Source of the DNA: Catajapyx aquilonaris
Lineage: Eukaryota
DNA length: 64,000 nucleotides
NCBI GenBank assembly: GCA_000934665.2
Contig: KZ538039.1
Span: forward strand, 62,001 to 126,000
Reading direction: 5' to 3'
In this document: positions 39,901 through 54,756 of the stretch, in pieces
Position numbering within the stretch: the stretch's first letter is position 1
Layout of the letters: every line of letters starts with the position of its first letter
Made by a program: the position numbers and the translations under genes
The notes under the pieces: generated by a model
Database searches by the model: none
What the model was told of the DNA's origin: nothing
Seen by the model: the letters and a program-made list of their open reading frames with translations, nothing else

Positions 39901-42900
39901 AAATTTTCAGATCTTGCAACATTCAAATAGTGACGTGAGACTATCACCGTGAATCCTCCCAGCCTCGGCAGCTTCTCAAGAGAAACTTCATCTCAAAGGG
40001 TAATTATGTTGTGCCCCATTTGGTATGAGCATCACACGGCCAAGTGGTCAATGGGCTCCAGTTCGTTCGTGCAGCTGAAGAATGCGGTTGGCGGGCGTTT
40101 CCCAGGACAAGGTCTGAGAACTTTCGATCCACGGTGGTGTCCTGCTGTCACACGTTCAAAGGACGCCTCTTATGTCAGAAACACTCCAGCTGCATTTTAT
40201 TCTCTCATTTTTTGCTTAAAAATTTATCTATGGCTGAACGAAGCCTCGCAAAGTCTCCTTATCAGCCCCAATGCATTACTAAGCAAATACGGGCAGGCAC
40301 ATGCCTCTTTAATTCTGTATTCCCGGAACATGCTGCACTTTCTCATGGCCTGAAAAAGCACTCAATTTGGAGCAAATCCCACAGCTCCAGCCAAGTCCGA
40401 TTTGTTCCACACTATTACTCTGGCAAAAGTTATTGCGTATATGTGTATCGACTCGGGGCCCCTATTCTCATCGGGGTGTGTTGTGAAATGAAAGTCTATA
40501 ACATATCGAAAGAGAGGGGGGTTGAGGGGTGCAATTTTCTCCACGGGCCTTTATACGTCATGCTGTATATTTGGGAACTCGCGCACTGCCTTCAGGATAG
40601 TTATGAATAAGTAAGCCTCAATTTCGCAGCTGCAATTACCGAGAGAATCATGAAGGAAAGCCCATCCGTGAAAGTGAAAAATAAGGCCACCTCGGACATC
40701 CATGGCAGCCTCTGAAAGCTGACATTTTGTATCCAGGCAATGTGTCATGGGTTCACACTCGAAGAAGCGTGATCGAGTCAGCGAGCAGGAAAAGGTGACA
40801 GCGTTCGTCGCAACCACCGCACGCCAGAAGCGAAAGAAAAGGATATGAAAAAGTGTGGTAAAAAATTTTTCCTTTGGGGTAATAAAGGCGCAAAGTTTCC
40901 CCCACCCCGCCCTCTTGTTCCCTCTTCAGCATTTCGCTTTACCCCTTTTTCGCTTATTGATCCTACAATCGCGGTAGAAATGCCAGAGTGGCTCCTCCAC
41001 CAAAGCTCTCCTTGGCCCGGAGGAAAAGCGACCCAGCCCTTTTTGGGGCCATTTTGGCGTGGCCACACGACAATTACCATTATGGGCCTTTTCCATTATG
41101 CACGTGATTGAACTGGGGAGTAGGTCAGGAATACCGCAACACCCATTGCAGGGCGTTGTGCATCAACAGCAAACATGACATTACGACGTTTCATAAAGGT
41201 CAATAGGGAAGTAAGTCAGTAATCAATCTAGGATGACAAAAGCTATTTGTGTGACGTTTGACCTGCTACTAGCTCGCTGAAATATTTATAGTATCCATTT
41301 CTATATTGGTTCGTAATGCACTTTGGGTGGGGTTAAGGTTAGAGTTCGTATAGCTTAAATCTGAAGTCATACGTAGGTAATTTTCAGTAACTAATTGCAA
41401 TGCTGCTACATGACATCTGCAAATATTAATTAACTCAAAATATCAAGCAGCCATTGCCACATGTTGAGCACAGGTTGGTAAAATTTTGCCCCTGTAAGTT
41501 ATATCACCCGGACAGCAATTGTGGCTGTTGGGTTGCATTCTGAGTTAGGATAAGTGCTAGGGCCTGGCAGTTTTCTATCAATAATCGGCTAATCGCATTT
41601 TTCGGGGGGGGGGGGGGNGATCAATACGGAGCGGTATACTGTACAAACAAGGCTACTTTTGGAGTACCGATGCTTATTGTCTCCACCGTCTCCACAGATT
41701 GTTAGGAAGTTTGTTTCATTACATAACTCAATTGTAGCTAAACAATTGCAGAATCCGGGTCTCATAGTCAGAATTCATGTGTTACCTAGCACAATAATAA
41801 AACATGCATCACGCAACTAACCTAGACAGCTTGTTTACTTCACTTGTGGTCCATGGTCTGTCTGGAAATGTGGCTGCTAAACAACCAGTGGCGACGACAA
41901 AAAAGTAGACTAACCGGGAGCACACCACAATAGACCGTGGCCGTGTCCTCGTCATTGTTAGGTTTAATTAATTGCCCGCAAGTAGTAACGTTGAATCCGC
42001 AGTCTACTTTCAGCAGTGCAATGGTCATCCTATTATTACCAGCAGGCTATTAATGCGTGGAAGATCAGACATTTCAATTTGAGTACAGTTATTCGAGCCA
42101 ACAAAGGTGTCGCAAACTTGTACAATAACTGGGAAACTTTCTGATCCTGCAGAACAAAGTCTTTGTGCTCATCATAGCGTTAAAAGGCGCTGTCGGACCT
42201 TGGATATAATGTTGACAGGTTACGCGATAGTCAAGTGTCAATTCTGGCTGTGAACCAGACTCAGACTCCAAAGGCGATCTTTCAAAAAAATCTCTTACAA
42301 CTCTTCGCTCCAACGCTTTTCCGTAACCCAGTGCTTCGTGGTTCTATTGCATAATCGATATGGCTGTCAGTGGCATCTACAGCTGCAAGACAACTGCTAA
42401 TCTCCAATTAACAGCTTTAATTACCACTAGCCAAAAATAGCTCCTCATTCCACTTCACTGGAGTAAAACTTTCTGCCAGTGCAAATGGAAATGTTCGTGC
42501 CGAGTACGTGAAGTTTTCAAGCAAATGTGGTCGATTACTTCTATTTTTAATTTGTTATACGTACAGTACACTGTTGACTGGCCCATCATCTGAATATGCG
42601 GCCCAGCTGCGAGTGGTGAGACCATGTGTATAATGTTCATATGTCGCCATGTATAATTCCATAGCGATGATACTTTCATCAAAGAGTGAGCAGACCACGT
42701 CAGGGTCAGGTCTTTTTACGATTCGCTACGTTGGCTGCTTCCTTTTGACTTTCAACACATGTAGCGGAGTAGTTTTAGTTCAGAGCCGACTGAAACCGTG
42801 GTGAAGCGGTTAAAAATTCACACCCGACTCTCGGGAATGGCACGGCTAAGACTACGTAAATTAAATTACCATATTCCAAGAAGTAACTTGACATCACATG

Positions 42901-44086
42901 ATTTCATTTGCTTTGCTTTAATAGCCTCCTAGCTACAAATATCCGCAGCGTATTACCTTCTGTCACTATACTTCAGTTGTCATATTCAGGATGACCTGTA
43001 AGCCAACGTTTTAAAACTCTGCAGTAATGATGCGTAATAGCTTGCAAGCATTAATTGAGTTGCTTAGGGTTTAATTTCATTTTGGTCAGGCTTCTCTTTG
43101 GGAAAGAGCAAAAATCCGCAGTCTGTGTCCCGAACACCCTTCATCACGCTGCCATCACACGATCAAGACTCTTTGTACACCCCGTTATGCTAAACTCCTT
43201 ACTTGTAATTAACTTGACCTAACGTGACATCAAAGTGCTTGTAATGTGATTCAGGTAGGGTAATCCAGTAACAGGCGTCTTTCATCGACAAGTGCGCAAC
43301 TTTAAAGTTTTCCGAAAAGAGATCTTCCCGTATTCCGTGAGAAGAATACCAAAATTATGCATCACCCCAAGGGATATGCATAATTCACCAGGCAACACCG
43401 AAGTTCGTTCGCACCAAATCTTTTCTTTCTTCTGCAACAATCTTCACTCTCTGTATTTTCTGCTGAGTCTTCTCCCGTTCTGCAAGTGCTTCAGTTCTGA
43501 GAACAAACTTGGCTATTACTATTACCCAACTCAATAATTCAAGTCAGTACTTATTTAGCCGTTATTTAATTATTAGCAGATATGTGCATTCGGGCGTAGC
43601 AAAACTTCTAAAAATCTTACGCAAGCAGAGGAATTCACTGAATCTTCATATACAGTATAAGTTGAATGGCAGCTCACTTAAAAATTTAAGAGTAAAGGAT
43701 TATGAAATGTAATAGGCATCGCAAATGACTGTCATTACTTGAAGTCCTGAAAAATAAAACTCATATGATAAGAATCGTTTTGCCTATCGGTGCCTCGGTA
43801 TTGACAAATTCAACTTATCCCCATATTGCTCCAAAGCCCTCGATTATCTCCAAAAGCACTTCTCCTGAGTAGAAATTATGGCAGCCATTACCAGAGTGTT
43901 TCCTTCTGGGAATTCCAAGCCCTGCATGATAAATAGCGCCGCCTGGCTATATGACAGTCTCTAACGATGCACGGTCATTACTGACCCTCAACGTTGGCAG
44001 TGCCCTCACAGTTCAGTCCAAAATGACCAGCATGTCCTTGGATAACCCTAAACAATGACAATGAGTCCATTCTCCCCCCCCCCCCC

Positions 44087-44097
44087 NNNNNNNNNNN
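44087..44097. other. Assembly gap (N run) beside a poly-C tract; single Ns also at 41618 and 62716 in poly-G tracts
   Basis: n characters in the sequence. Confidence 0.95.
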
Positions 44098-45760
44098 AAA
44101 AAAAAAAACGGCCGGTGCACATAGCTTAATGAAGATTTTACGAACAGCAAATTACTTGCTATCCCTGAAGAAACCAGGTCCTTAATGACTCAAAATAGCA
44201 AGCTACCAAAACGAGTCCCTAAACAATGCGAAATGGACGGCATCCTTTCATTGAGTTGACACTACGAATTAACCCCCCCAGAGAAGACCAATAAATTGGC
44301 GGAGGAAATTAAAAGCCGTGTTTACTTCCGTCCCAATAACGCCATTGTCATATCGATCTCAAATAATTGCTTCTGGAGGTCAATTGGGGCTTTTGTGCCC
44401 ATCTTCTGAACAGCACGGGGGCGGGTTGAACCAAAGGATTTAACAACAACAACAAAAAAGAGATAGGAAGTAAGCCAGGGCGCCATTCAAATCCTCGCCT
44501 GACTGGCTCGGAATAAAAGCGAAGTCAATTACTGGCTAAATGTCAGGGCACATGTGGGTCCCGCCCTGACATGTTCCCTTGCACTTCTTGGAATGGCATT
44601 TGACTGGCATATACACACCCTCATAACAGAAGGTCCTATGGAAGCTGCCATACCCCGCTTCCTATATATTTTCCGCCAGAAATCGAACTGCACTGCAATC
44701 GTTCTCAGCATAAATTCTTTGTTGTCAGTAATTGGCAGTCCATACATATCTGCGTAACTGTGCTAAATCGTGTCAGAGGTCTATTGGCAATGAGGACCAA
44801 AATTATCGCAAGTTAGAGTGCGTGCAAATGACAGGAGTCAACGAGTAACTTCGTGTCCATGTCAGTGAATTAAATGGCGCAGGCAATTGCTTTAAAATCA
44901 ACGGGGAACCCCTTTAATTTTTTTAATTAGTTCCCACCTGCGGCGTAATTGTGTTGGCACTCCCTGGCTCCCACTAACGATTTCTTTTTTCCGCTGTTCG
45001 AATTACAGCACCCAATCCACGCATGCAATTGACAGCCAAACAATTGTCCCAGGAGTCTTTTGTTTCTCTTTATACCAATCGACTGCCTCAGACTATAGAT
45101 ATACGTACGCTACCTGGGCACGTTCTGTTCCAACACAAAAAGCGAACTATTTCTGACTGTGAGCTAATTCCAAATCAATTGGCAAAGCTTTTGAATCCCA
45201 TAGCTCCGCAATAAATATGTACTATATCGCTCAAAAACATAGATATATACGATTTTGCATTTGATTCAAGTGCATACTTGCAGGTTCTAAAATTCCTATG
45301 CAGATTTAATACTGCACCAAAATTGATGATGATGTAGATGATGTAGATCAAAGCTCCTTTCGTAAAATGGTTTCATGCAATAGACCACTCACACAAAGGA
45401 CACCGCAACAGATGCGGTTACCTAATACCCTCATATTTCGAATATCCTCATTCAGAAGTAGCCCACGTAGGATCGCTTCAAAACCAGGTACAGTACGCCA
45501 TGTTTTATTGCAGGCACCTGCTCTCTCGTGTACTCTGGAAGTGCAACTGCCTGCGTCATACGTATCAAACATGTAACGTCAGTGCAGAATGTGCCGCAGA
45601 GCCTGTGAAAGAATATTTATGGACAATAACACCTCTGACAATTTCACTATAGACTCAATTTGCAAATGAACTTCCAAAATCGCCGGATTAACATGTGCGC
45701 AATGGATGTCACCGCACGTGCCACGGTGTGCCGCTCAAAATTCACCGTGCAATTACTCAC

Positions 45761-46001
45761 TCGGACTCCTGGCGCTCTTTTCAGGCCATCCCTCCCGCAC
45801 TTTGTACCCATTCGGCCTGTTGGGCGTCCCAGCCACAATGGACGGCATATGCACATTGTTGAACCTCGGGAACGACACATACGGCGTGTACGTCCTAAGC
45901 CTATGTCTCTGATGGGTCATGAAGATCCCCGGAGTCACCGCGGACAAAAGGCGATCCATGGCGCTAGATGTGGAAGATGATGAGGACGATGTGGAGGCCA
46001 T
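45761..46001 (-). CDS. Candidate alternative first coding exon of copy C (MASTSSSSSSTSSAMDRLLSAVTPG...WPEKSARSP, 80 aa)
   Basis: Start context GACC-ATG-G; open for 241 nt to donor CGA|gtgagt, phase 1; TATAAAA at ~46158-46152 followed ~28 nt later by an Inr-like GCAGTT. Confidence 0.6.
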
Positions 46002-49000
46002 GGTCACCTGCACAATCCGAAACCCCCGTCCAGACTGCCGATACGGTCAAGGCGGCACACGCATACTAAGACCCCCTACCCAGCACGACCACCCTCCAAC
46101 CGTGAGATTTCCAACGCAGACAACGAACTGCCCGCCCACCCTGCTTTTTATTTTATAGGCAAACTCCAGGTTAGTCGATGGACACTCATTAAAGTTTCAC
46201 CCACAGGATTTACGGACGGCATGGCAAATCGGTACCCTTTTTTAAACGGAATCGCACCGAGCGACCTGTCTCGCGTCTCGGACTATTACAAACTGAATGT
46301 CCGGTTTTGGGGCAGAAGTGCGTGAGAAATATTGTCGATTGGGAGGCTCATAAATTATGCCTGCAAGGTCAAAGTCGGCGCCTACACTGCATGATACTGG
46401 TACGTGTTAACGAAAGTACATGCGTCACTCGGGTAGGTCAGACTCTTTGTGTGAACACAGTAAATGTGCACAGAATCGGGTGTCGTATAAATTTGGGGCC
46501 ATCAATTATGCGGACACATGTGATGCGGAATGGGCGATGTCGTTATGCATAGTCTGCTCTTGTTCATGGTGGGATAATTGGCATTACACACGGGAGTCAA
46601 ATATAGTGGAGCAGTGTTGCGGAAGTTGGCGGATCAGCTGTGACAGCGTGATCAAACTACTACAGAGAGAGTATTTGAACATTTAATGGTCTCAATTTCC
46701 GCAACTGGTGGAGACTCATTGCTCTTCAAAAATGTCAGGCAGACGGGACCGAAGCGGTCCAATTTTGCACATTAGCATTTTTAAATACCAGTTCATATCT
46801 TGGAATTTTCAATTAAAACAAATAACTGAATGAAGGCCCTATTTGATGTTTAATTTACCACTGTGCCATATGAACTTTTTTTAAACACTAAAACAAGTCA
46901 TGTCTGGAAAGGTGGACCAGTGTGCCTCGAGCATTGCGTCAGAAATACTAATTCGTTAAACTGTTGCTGTTGTTGTCAAATGCTGTACATTACGTCATTA
47001 ACGTCAATGTACAGCCAGCTATTTCGGTCAACGATCAGAAAATATTAATGCACTTTGATCTACAAAATTGATGCTGAAAAATTATTCATATCCTTTCCTT
47101 CGCCCTGCACGCATTTTTTGCCAATAAGCATCCCACTTGGTGTACGCAGGAAATTGAGCATACGCTGTTTGCGTTATGGATAATACTAAGTTCACAGTGG
47201 TCTAATTTTTTACAGTACCCCGGTTTAGCACAGCAGACAAAATGCTCTAACATAAAATGAGCCTGTTGCGTAGCATGCCCAATATGTATGCTTTTATGTT
47301 TCATCAGACATGAAAGCCCTGGAGAAAACATTACTCTTACATGATGTCCAATGCCAAGGAAAAGGACACCGTAGAGAACAGTTGGAAATAGATTTGAAAG
47401 GGCGGAGATAACATCTCCCAAATGTCCCATGAATCCCAAAGCGACAGCCTCAGCACATTCACGTAAGACAGACATCATGAAATTTTCATTCCAAGCTCAT
47501 TCTTCTGAGAAGCCCAGTCACGCAACTAGAGCAACTTACATACAATGTGCATAATTTTTCTTTTAAAGTAGTATAATCTGGAATTGAATGGCTAAGCCCC
47601 AGTGGCGAATCAATTTGCTTCGTCCATAAATTAAGATTTTGATCTCACCGCTCCCATTACTTCGCAAAATCAATAAGGTGTTACACAACTGAGCTCAGGA
47701 ATAAAGAGTGTAAAAGAAGGGTTTACATTATGCATTTCTTCAAATCTGCGATTTCAGTGGTTGCTGCATTTGTTGGTAGTACGTATAATGAAAAGATATT
47801 ATTTCGATGTCACACCATTTCATTACCACCGCTGATGTAACATAGTCTTAATTTCAGAATAAGACATGAGATAACTGCAAACAGAGTGTGTGATGCAAAC
47901 AACCCACTTGAAAGTTGTCTGTAAGAGTCCAATTACAACTATAGTATTAATTGATCAAACTAGCCATATAAATAATGTACAATATGCTATGTACTTTTCC
48001 TTATTTATAATAAATATAATGCTACGCAGAGGCAAAGTACAGTTCGCATAGCTTATCTCTTCTCCCGTCTTCCGCATAAAAATATAGACTACTGATCAAA
48101 TCCAAAGGCACAAACTCATAGCCTAAGCTGCGTAAATTGCTCGAAAGTGGAAGTAGATAGTAATCTTGTTGAACTTGGCTTGGCTTCATAAATGTCAAGC
48201 GTGCAAGCATTTACACCACGCTGTAAGCTGGCCTGATCGATCGTCAAAAATAAGCTGAGGTGACCTCTGGACATAAAGCAACATATATCGACCTTTTCAA
48301 TCATCACTAGGTGCTAGGTATAATAAATTTATTTGCACATGACCGAATTTCTTGATGGCGAATGAAGATGTCGATCGCAATGAACCCTGTCACATTTCTC
48401 GACAAGCTGTTATGTATCGAGTTCTCGCGTAAATTGGCACAAGCAAACATTATGAAGTACTGCATATTCAATTTTTGACATAAAACTGATCTAAGCTTTC
48501 GGCAGGTACATTGGCGTCAACTCTTACTTCCAGAAACAGCTTTTGAGCAACTACGCGTACTAATAAACGTGTTGGTCTTGACAAGTAGGCCGGTACTTGA
48601 TCCTATACACACTGACAATTACTGGCAATCTCTTAAGTCAAAATTTTGTTCTTGCACTGACGAGTGCAAAACAGCAGGGCATGGACAAACTAGCCAACTC
48701 GACTCGTTATTCTAGCAATAAGTGTCATGATGTATGTTCTTTTGTTCCAACTACAAATCACTTAACTCAAACTACCCTGGCTGAAACATTGCCGAAACTG
48801 CATCAATGGTTTTCTTCCCTATTTCCAATTGTAACGTACAATTCTCTGAACGTGAGGGATCAATTTAATTTACATGCAACTGTCTGGTAATACCAGACCA
48901 CACCCTGTAGACCACATACCATGAAGCCATGAACTATAGATAGTAGGTGGGGCGTTCTTTGAAGTGAAATGAAAACATTAACAGTATATACTGTTAATAT

Positions 49001-49028
49001 TTTTGAGGGGGCCATAAGAGGTTCGTGT

Positions 49029-49080
49029 ACGAGTTCGTGTACGATAGACATAATTATGTCTATACCGTACACGAACTCGT
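49029..49080. repeat. Near-perfect palindrome/hairpin
   Basis: ACGAGTTCGTGTACG-ATAGACATA-AT-TATGTCTAT-AC-CGTACACGAACTCGT. Confidence 0.8.
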
Positions 49081-52000
49081 TTTGATCGGGAGTTTGCCCA
49101 GTTATTCGGTTACAGTGCATACAAGCACCGCCGTTTTCGAAAGCATGCCCCTTTTAGGAGCCACTACAATTCAAGAGTGGTTAACCACTCCATTTTCAAG
49201 AGTACACCGGATAACGATGTCCGCGATTACGTGTTATCATTTACCATGAGGATGCATTAGGGCTCCCGAGAATGATTACTACAGCAGTCACACTAGGAAG
49301 TGGACTACAGTGTCTGTCAAAAAATTAGGGTTTCAGTGAATAGAGACTCCGAATCCTTAGCAGTTCACTTCATTTGGAGTATCATAAATAAACTTTGCTG
49401 TGTGATCAGGGTGTGTCAGGGTTTCTCATTATCATCTCCAAACACTTCTGGACTGATGTACTGACCTCAAACTGTAATACAAACATGTAATTTACCACCG
49501 TAAATCCACATAATTTACAGGTTCATTATCACTGATCATGGCCATATCCGCATATCGTGAATAATGTTACAGTATGTTATCACACTCTTGTACCCAGTTT
49601 CAACCGGTATCAACACTAGACTGGTAGACAATGAAAGCAGGATTTATCCTTGTTAGTGTCATTTTATTTTTTGGAAACAGTAAATTCCAAATATATAAAC
49701 CTTCCGCTATCAGCTTATCTTCAGTGGTGCAACCATATAAAATCATTATTCAGATTAGATAGGGTGTTAGTCATAAAGTAGGTATGCTATCATCTTTTCT
49801 TCCCTGATTCGTCATTGCTCTGCTAAAATTAAATTCCCTTGCTCTTAATTAGCTGCAGCATTAGTACTGTACTTAGCTTGATCCATTGAAAACCAAATGA
49901 AAAAATGCCTTTCAAATGTCGCGAACAAGTCGGTGTAACAATACTTGATCGTGAGAATTTATTCGATTAGTGGTAACACTCATTTGACGTGTTTAACTGT
50001 GCTTTTGTGTATATGTGTACAATCAGGTATTATAGTAATATTATAGGAATAATACTGCATAATGACCTGAGGGGATGGCATCAAATTATAATTATTTCAC
50101 ACGATTTGACTAGCTTTGTAAAAATTAACATCAAAACAGATATGTCGAATTCAATATTATTAGGAGACACAGCCACCTTCTGCAGAAGATTATCGTTTAG
50201 CAGCATGTTGAACCTCAGCCCTAGAATAAGTCATTCCCAAGTAAAACCTGCATGTCGAGATGTACAGCATTGTGATATCTCGGAAAATAATGTTCCCCCA
50301 CATGGCCACATTCTCAGACATAGGCCTACATGTTGTTCGTAGGTAATTGTCTGCTACCGTGTCCCTGTCCATCGGTCATTTCCATGGTGAATAACTGACC
50401 TGTCGTATATTCGTGGCCGTCGTGTAGGTCTGTACCAATATTGTACAGTACAAACGTCACTTTTTTATCGTATGAAAAATGAACTCTAGAGTTCATACAT
50501 TCAAGTGCCACGTGAAAATGTTGCATTCATTCTTTTATCTCGTATTGATTGTCCAGCAACCCGTCCACTAGGAATCGACTGACAGGTTCATTTGTCTTAG
50601 TTACGTGAATAATGTCAGCTGTAAACGCTACATCCAATTTTTAATTTTGTACCTGAATTAAATTAATGAGTATATCGCGTCGGGTCCCATTGATTTTAAA
50701 ATGCAGAAGATTTTACGGGCATAAACCAAACAAAATCGTACTTATCGTTGGCGTGCAGTATCATCATTTAGAGGTAATAATGTACCCCTGTGTGAATCAA
50801 CCATTCTCTGTCACAGAGAACAATCCTCCTGCGAGTGTAACTAGACAGACTCTCAGGTACATATCAGCGTCCATCCGTAAAGCGAATCTCACGCTCCATT
50901 AGCTCATCACCAACCAAGTGCCCAGGGACCCACAGCAAATTTAATTATGTTGGGATACTGAATCATTCCTCCCTCTTCAGCCCTCCTTTCTTTCAATGCA
51001 ACAAAGAACCCCAGATTGATTATACCTCACATAGCACGAGTCCTCATGACAATGTCACACACGCGCAGGCGCAAACGCTAATATTTTGCGTGTCCCTTAA
51101 CTCTTCTTTTACTATTAGATATGACGATATCATGTGTCAGTCCCATTATATAGTGTCAATGCGTCTTTTTTAATGACTTATTAATGGCTGATGTCCATAG
51201 TGACCTGCATAAGCACCCTGAAATGTACAGTATAGGCTTCTGCATATCGATCCAACAGGTTGGTAAATATGGGCGCCATCAGTTGACATCATTAACCCCG
51301 TGCCGCAGCTTTTCTAGGGCAAATGGGCAGCAAAATACTCGGACTAATTTCTGTCCAAGTGACTATTGTACTGGTGGCCTTCAGACCTGTGCCAACAGTG
51401 CAAATCCAATCAACCAGTTCCGGCTTCAAGCTGGAGAAAAAAAAGGCGTAAATCAACAATATTCCACCCTTCGTGCATGTTTACCTCTGCTCAATTTCCC
51501 AAGCAATTTCCTAGGAGAACTGGATAAGGAACCTGCAGAAGCCATGGTATACCCCTGCTCCTTATACACTCCATAGCGCCAGAAAGGAGTATCGCTTGCG
51601 TCCAATTCCAGGATAAACTAAGCTTGCTTTTAGCCTTCCTCCTACGCCTTTCGCTCCCAATCTCCAGTCTCCACTTGAACCTACTCTGCTTAATGAAACG
51701 TCCAATAGCTTCAGATATAAGCAGCGACAAATTTCCTCGACGCTATCCTCCCATGCCTCCAAACTTACTCTAATACGAAGGGTCTCCAAAGGCAGCTCGA
51801 AGTCATAAAAACTGCGAGTGTGTCTGAACACACTACCTGCCGCCTGGGGTACATTTTAGCCACCTTCGCCAATTGTGTCGGAGAAACGTTGCTGGAACTC
51901 TCCCGTAAATCATCTTCCCATACCGCAGCAGGTGCAGGACCGTTGGTGGCAAAGTTTTCACAAGTGCCTGACCTCAGTAATGTCTTCTGTAGTTTAATTG

Positions 52001-52409
52001 AATGGATTTAAGATAACGCAGAGAGGAATCTAGCGCTATCCCCAAAACTCGGTTCGATAATATGCAATTCTAGTAGGTAATGTTCATGCGCTGTTGAAGA
52101 TTTGTATACGGTACGATGATTCGTAACTGAAGTGCAGAACTTCTCTCAAAATCGGCCCGTTTTTTTCTCTTGGAAATGTAGGCCATGTATAAGTTATTGA
52201 CTTTTGGTAACTTTGGAATGAAAGTTCTTCTCTGTTAATTGAAGGAAATAAGGAAGAAGCGCACTAAAGCTATGCAAATATAAGCGAAAATGCTTATCAA
52301 TATGAACTAGAGGGCACAGCTCCCAATATGACGCTGAAAAATTCTTACAAATCTTATAGTGTCATCACTCTCTCCGCAAAGAAAAAGAAAAAGAAGTCGC
52401 TCAACTTAT

Positions 52410-52476
52410 CGCTCTAAAAGATGGAGACGATTTGGTATTTGGTTTCAATGCAAAATCGTCTCCATCTTTTTGAGCG
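52410..52476. repeat. Hairpin-forming inverted repeat
   Basis: cgctctaaaagatggagacgatttggtatt / aatgcaaaatcgtctccatctttttgagcg with a ~7-nt loop. Confidence 0.8.
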
Positions 52477-52967
52477 CTGTAGTACATCTTACAGGTATGT
52501 GAAGGAACTGGAGGGCAAGTGTATCATATTCCAGAAATATGAACCTTAAAATCATCAACAATTATGAGATCAATGGGTAACTTTTTACATTGAACTTTTG
52601 GAATGTTTTTGCTCCAATCTCCACGCTGATAATTGCATGTAATCCGCCATTAGATGGTCTTCTACAATCTACATGCGTATAGCATATATTTTTAAAGATT
52701 GCAAAATGATGCAAAAAATGACTTTTTCAGGTACTACTCAAATTAAGCAAAGACGCAATAACCTTACTTCAAAAGCCGACTAACTCATCACTTTCAGCGA
52801 TATAGGATGGATCACTAACTTCCGACACGTAAGTTTATATATAATTATGCTGTACTGTATTTCTGCGCAGCCCTGTTGGCACAACTGCAAGAATATTCTA
52901 CTCGCACAACAGTCTATTAAACATGAATAATGCAGTAACTGTGTTTGTGAGAACACAGACAATTACA

Positions 52968-53115
52968 GGCCATATATCGAAGCAACGGCCAGCGACATTT
53001 TTCCGAAGCGGCAGAAGAAGGAATCGAAGATAAGCATGCTACAAGTCGGGCGAGCAAGATTCCTTCTTCTGCCGCTTCGGAAAAATGTCGCTAGTCGTTG
53101 CCTCCATATATGGCC
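52968..53115. mobile_element. MITE-like element with ~58-bp terminal inverted repeats
   Basis: GGCCATATAT..AGCGACATTTTTCCGAAGCGGCAGAAGAAGGAATC, ~32-nt spacer, GATTCCTTCTTCTGCCGCTTCGGAAAAATGTCGCT..ATATATGGCC; no clear target-site duplication. Confidence 0.75.
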
Positions 53116-54756
53116 AGCACTGTACAACATAGGTGCCTTTGCAGATATGCGGTTTATTAAGACGACAATATTTCAGTGCCCCACTGTGTGGTATATATTA
53201 TTCATCATAATTGAATCTGAAAACATTCCCTAAATCAAAGAGATGTTAAAAGTTGGCATCTTTCTTCGGTATATCTTCCTCAGCAATTCGTGAAATGCAC
53301 TAAAGCGCTCAATTAAAAATATGTTTAAGATTCAATGATCCATTAGGATGTTTACCACCTCACTGCACAAAACCCTTCAATTGCTAGCTAATGTTTAATT
53401 AATCACTTAACCAGGAAATGTTTTCTCCATAAGTGCACTAGTCAATGATGGGTCTTCAATTCCCTCGTTAGGAAGTTCAAGTACGCCCTCACCCTAGAAT
53501 GGTCGCGTGGACTGCGAAAATTCTGCATATCTACCGGCACGGTATTGACCACCATGGGACTCAAGCCAACTAGTTCCCAACAATTGCGCCAGGTGTCACG
53601 ATACCCTACCTCTCTATACCTGCATATAAAAAATTGTTGCCTTATTGGATTGTGTCAATAACCTGTTTTCCTACTTCCTTTTCATGTTTGTCACGTCAGC
53701 TTTCATTCCCCCTACTAACGTATGCATGTATGCATCACAGCTATACTGCTAGGCCCTCTAGTTACATATTTAATCCCAACCTTGTAACGCTACATGTTAA
53801 TTACATTTACGTGGTTTCAACAACTACACAAAGATGGCATTCGGATGTGTTTACCAGCTGGCCATACAGTGGAAACTTGTCCAGTGCAAACGTTTAATTT
53901 TTGAGGAATTAAGCAATTTTGCATTCAGATTCGACAAATGGTTCAGTCAAAATAATAGACCAAGCTCTTCCCATATCACAGTAACTACACCTGTCGGCAG
54001 TTAGCTGCCTCCCTCTCAGCGCACGCAAATAGATAACTCACTTTGTCGCTCAACAGTTCATTTATCGTGCAAATCCGCTCTAGCTATTCATCTCTCGCAT
54101 CATCACCCTGCATTCCCCCGTTTCATCCCACCTCCACATAATAACCCAAATATGCATAAAACGCACACTTTTACTGCAAAATCCACCCGTCTCAACAGGC
54201 CTCCTGGGAATATACACAGAGTCCGTAATGACCACTTTGCATTTGCACATGAAAGAGACCTCGTTGAAAAGAGGGGTCAGCCGGGACAACCGGCTGGAAT
54301 ACCAGGAGTCACGACATGGGGAAATGAATGGACTCGTAAATGAATCAAAACCGGACCGATGCGATGGCTGGTGTACACGTCCCAGAGTTTTATAGCGCAA
54401 GGGGGGGTTGGTTGCATGTTCAATTTCCTACTTGTAGCTTCGTTGTAGTGTGTGTATCGGCTGGTCATGCAGCAGGCACGGGGAGACCAACATGGGGCGC
54501 CCAGGAGGCACTGGCGCCATCGATCCTTCGTCTGCTGCCGCCTCACTTGGGATCAATACCAGACAGCATCTCTTAGCCCGACGACCAGGCGCCCTCATCA
54601 TTGTCCTCCCTACATATACCTCATTCCGACTCTGGACCGCATATTCACTGGACATTTGAGCTGGCTGTCCCTCGGGATGAAAATGTTCAAGGCACCCCAG
54701 GCTTCAAATGCCGTGGCATAACCCCTGAGGCATGTGGAGGAAGAGAGGAGCCAGAA

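Noticed and set aside
51491..51990. Coding-looking minus-strand segment with an acceptor near 51987 and a gtaagt donor near 51768
   Set aside because: I could not build a phase-1 path to the 31224 acceptor, and no protein or transposon family was recognisable.
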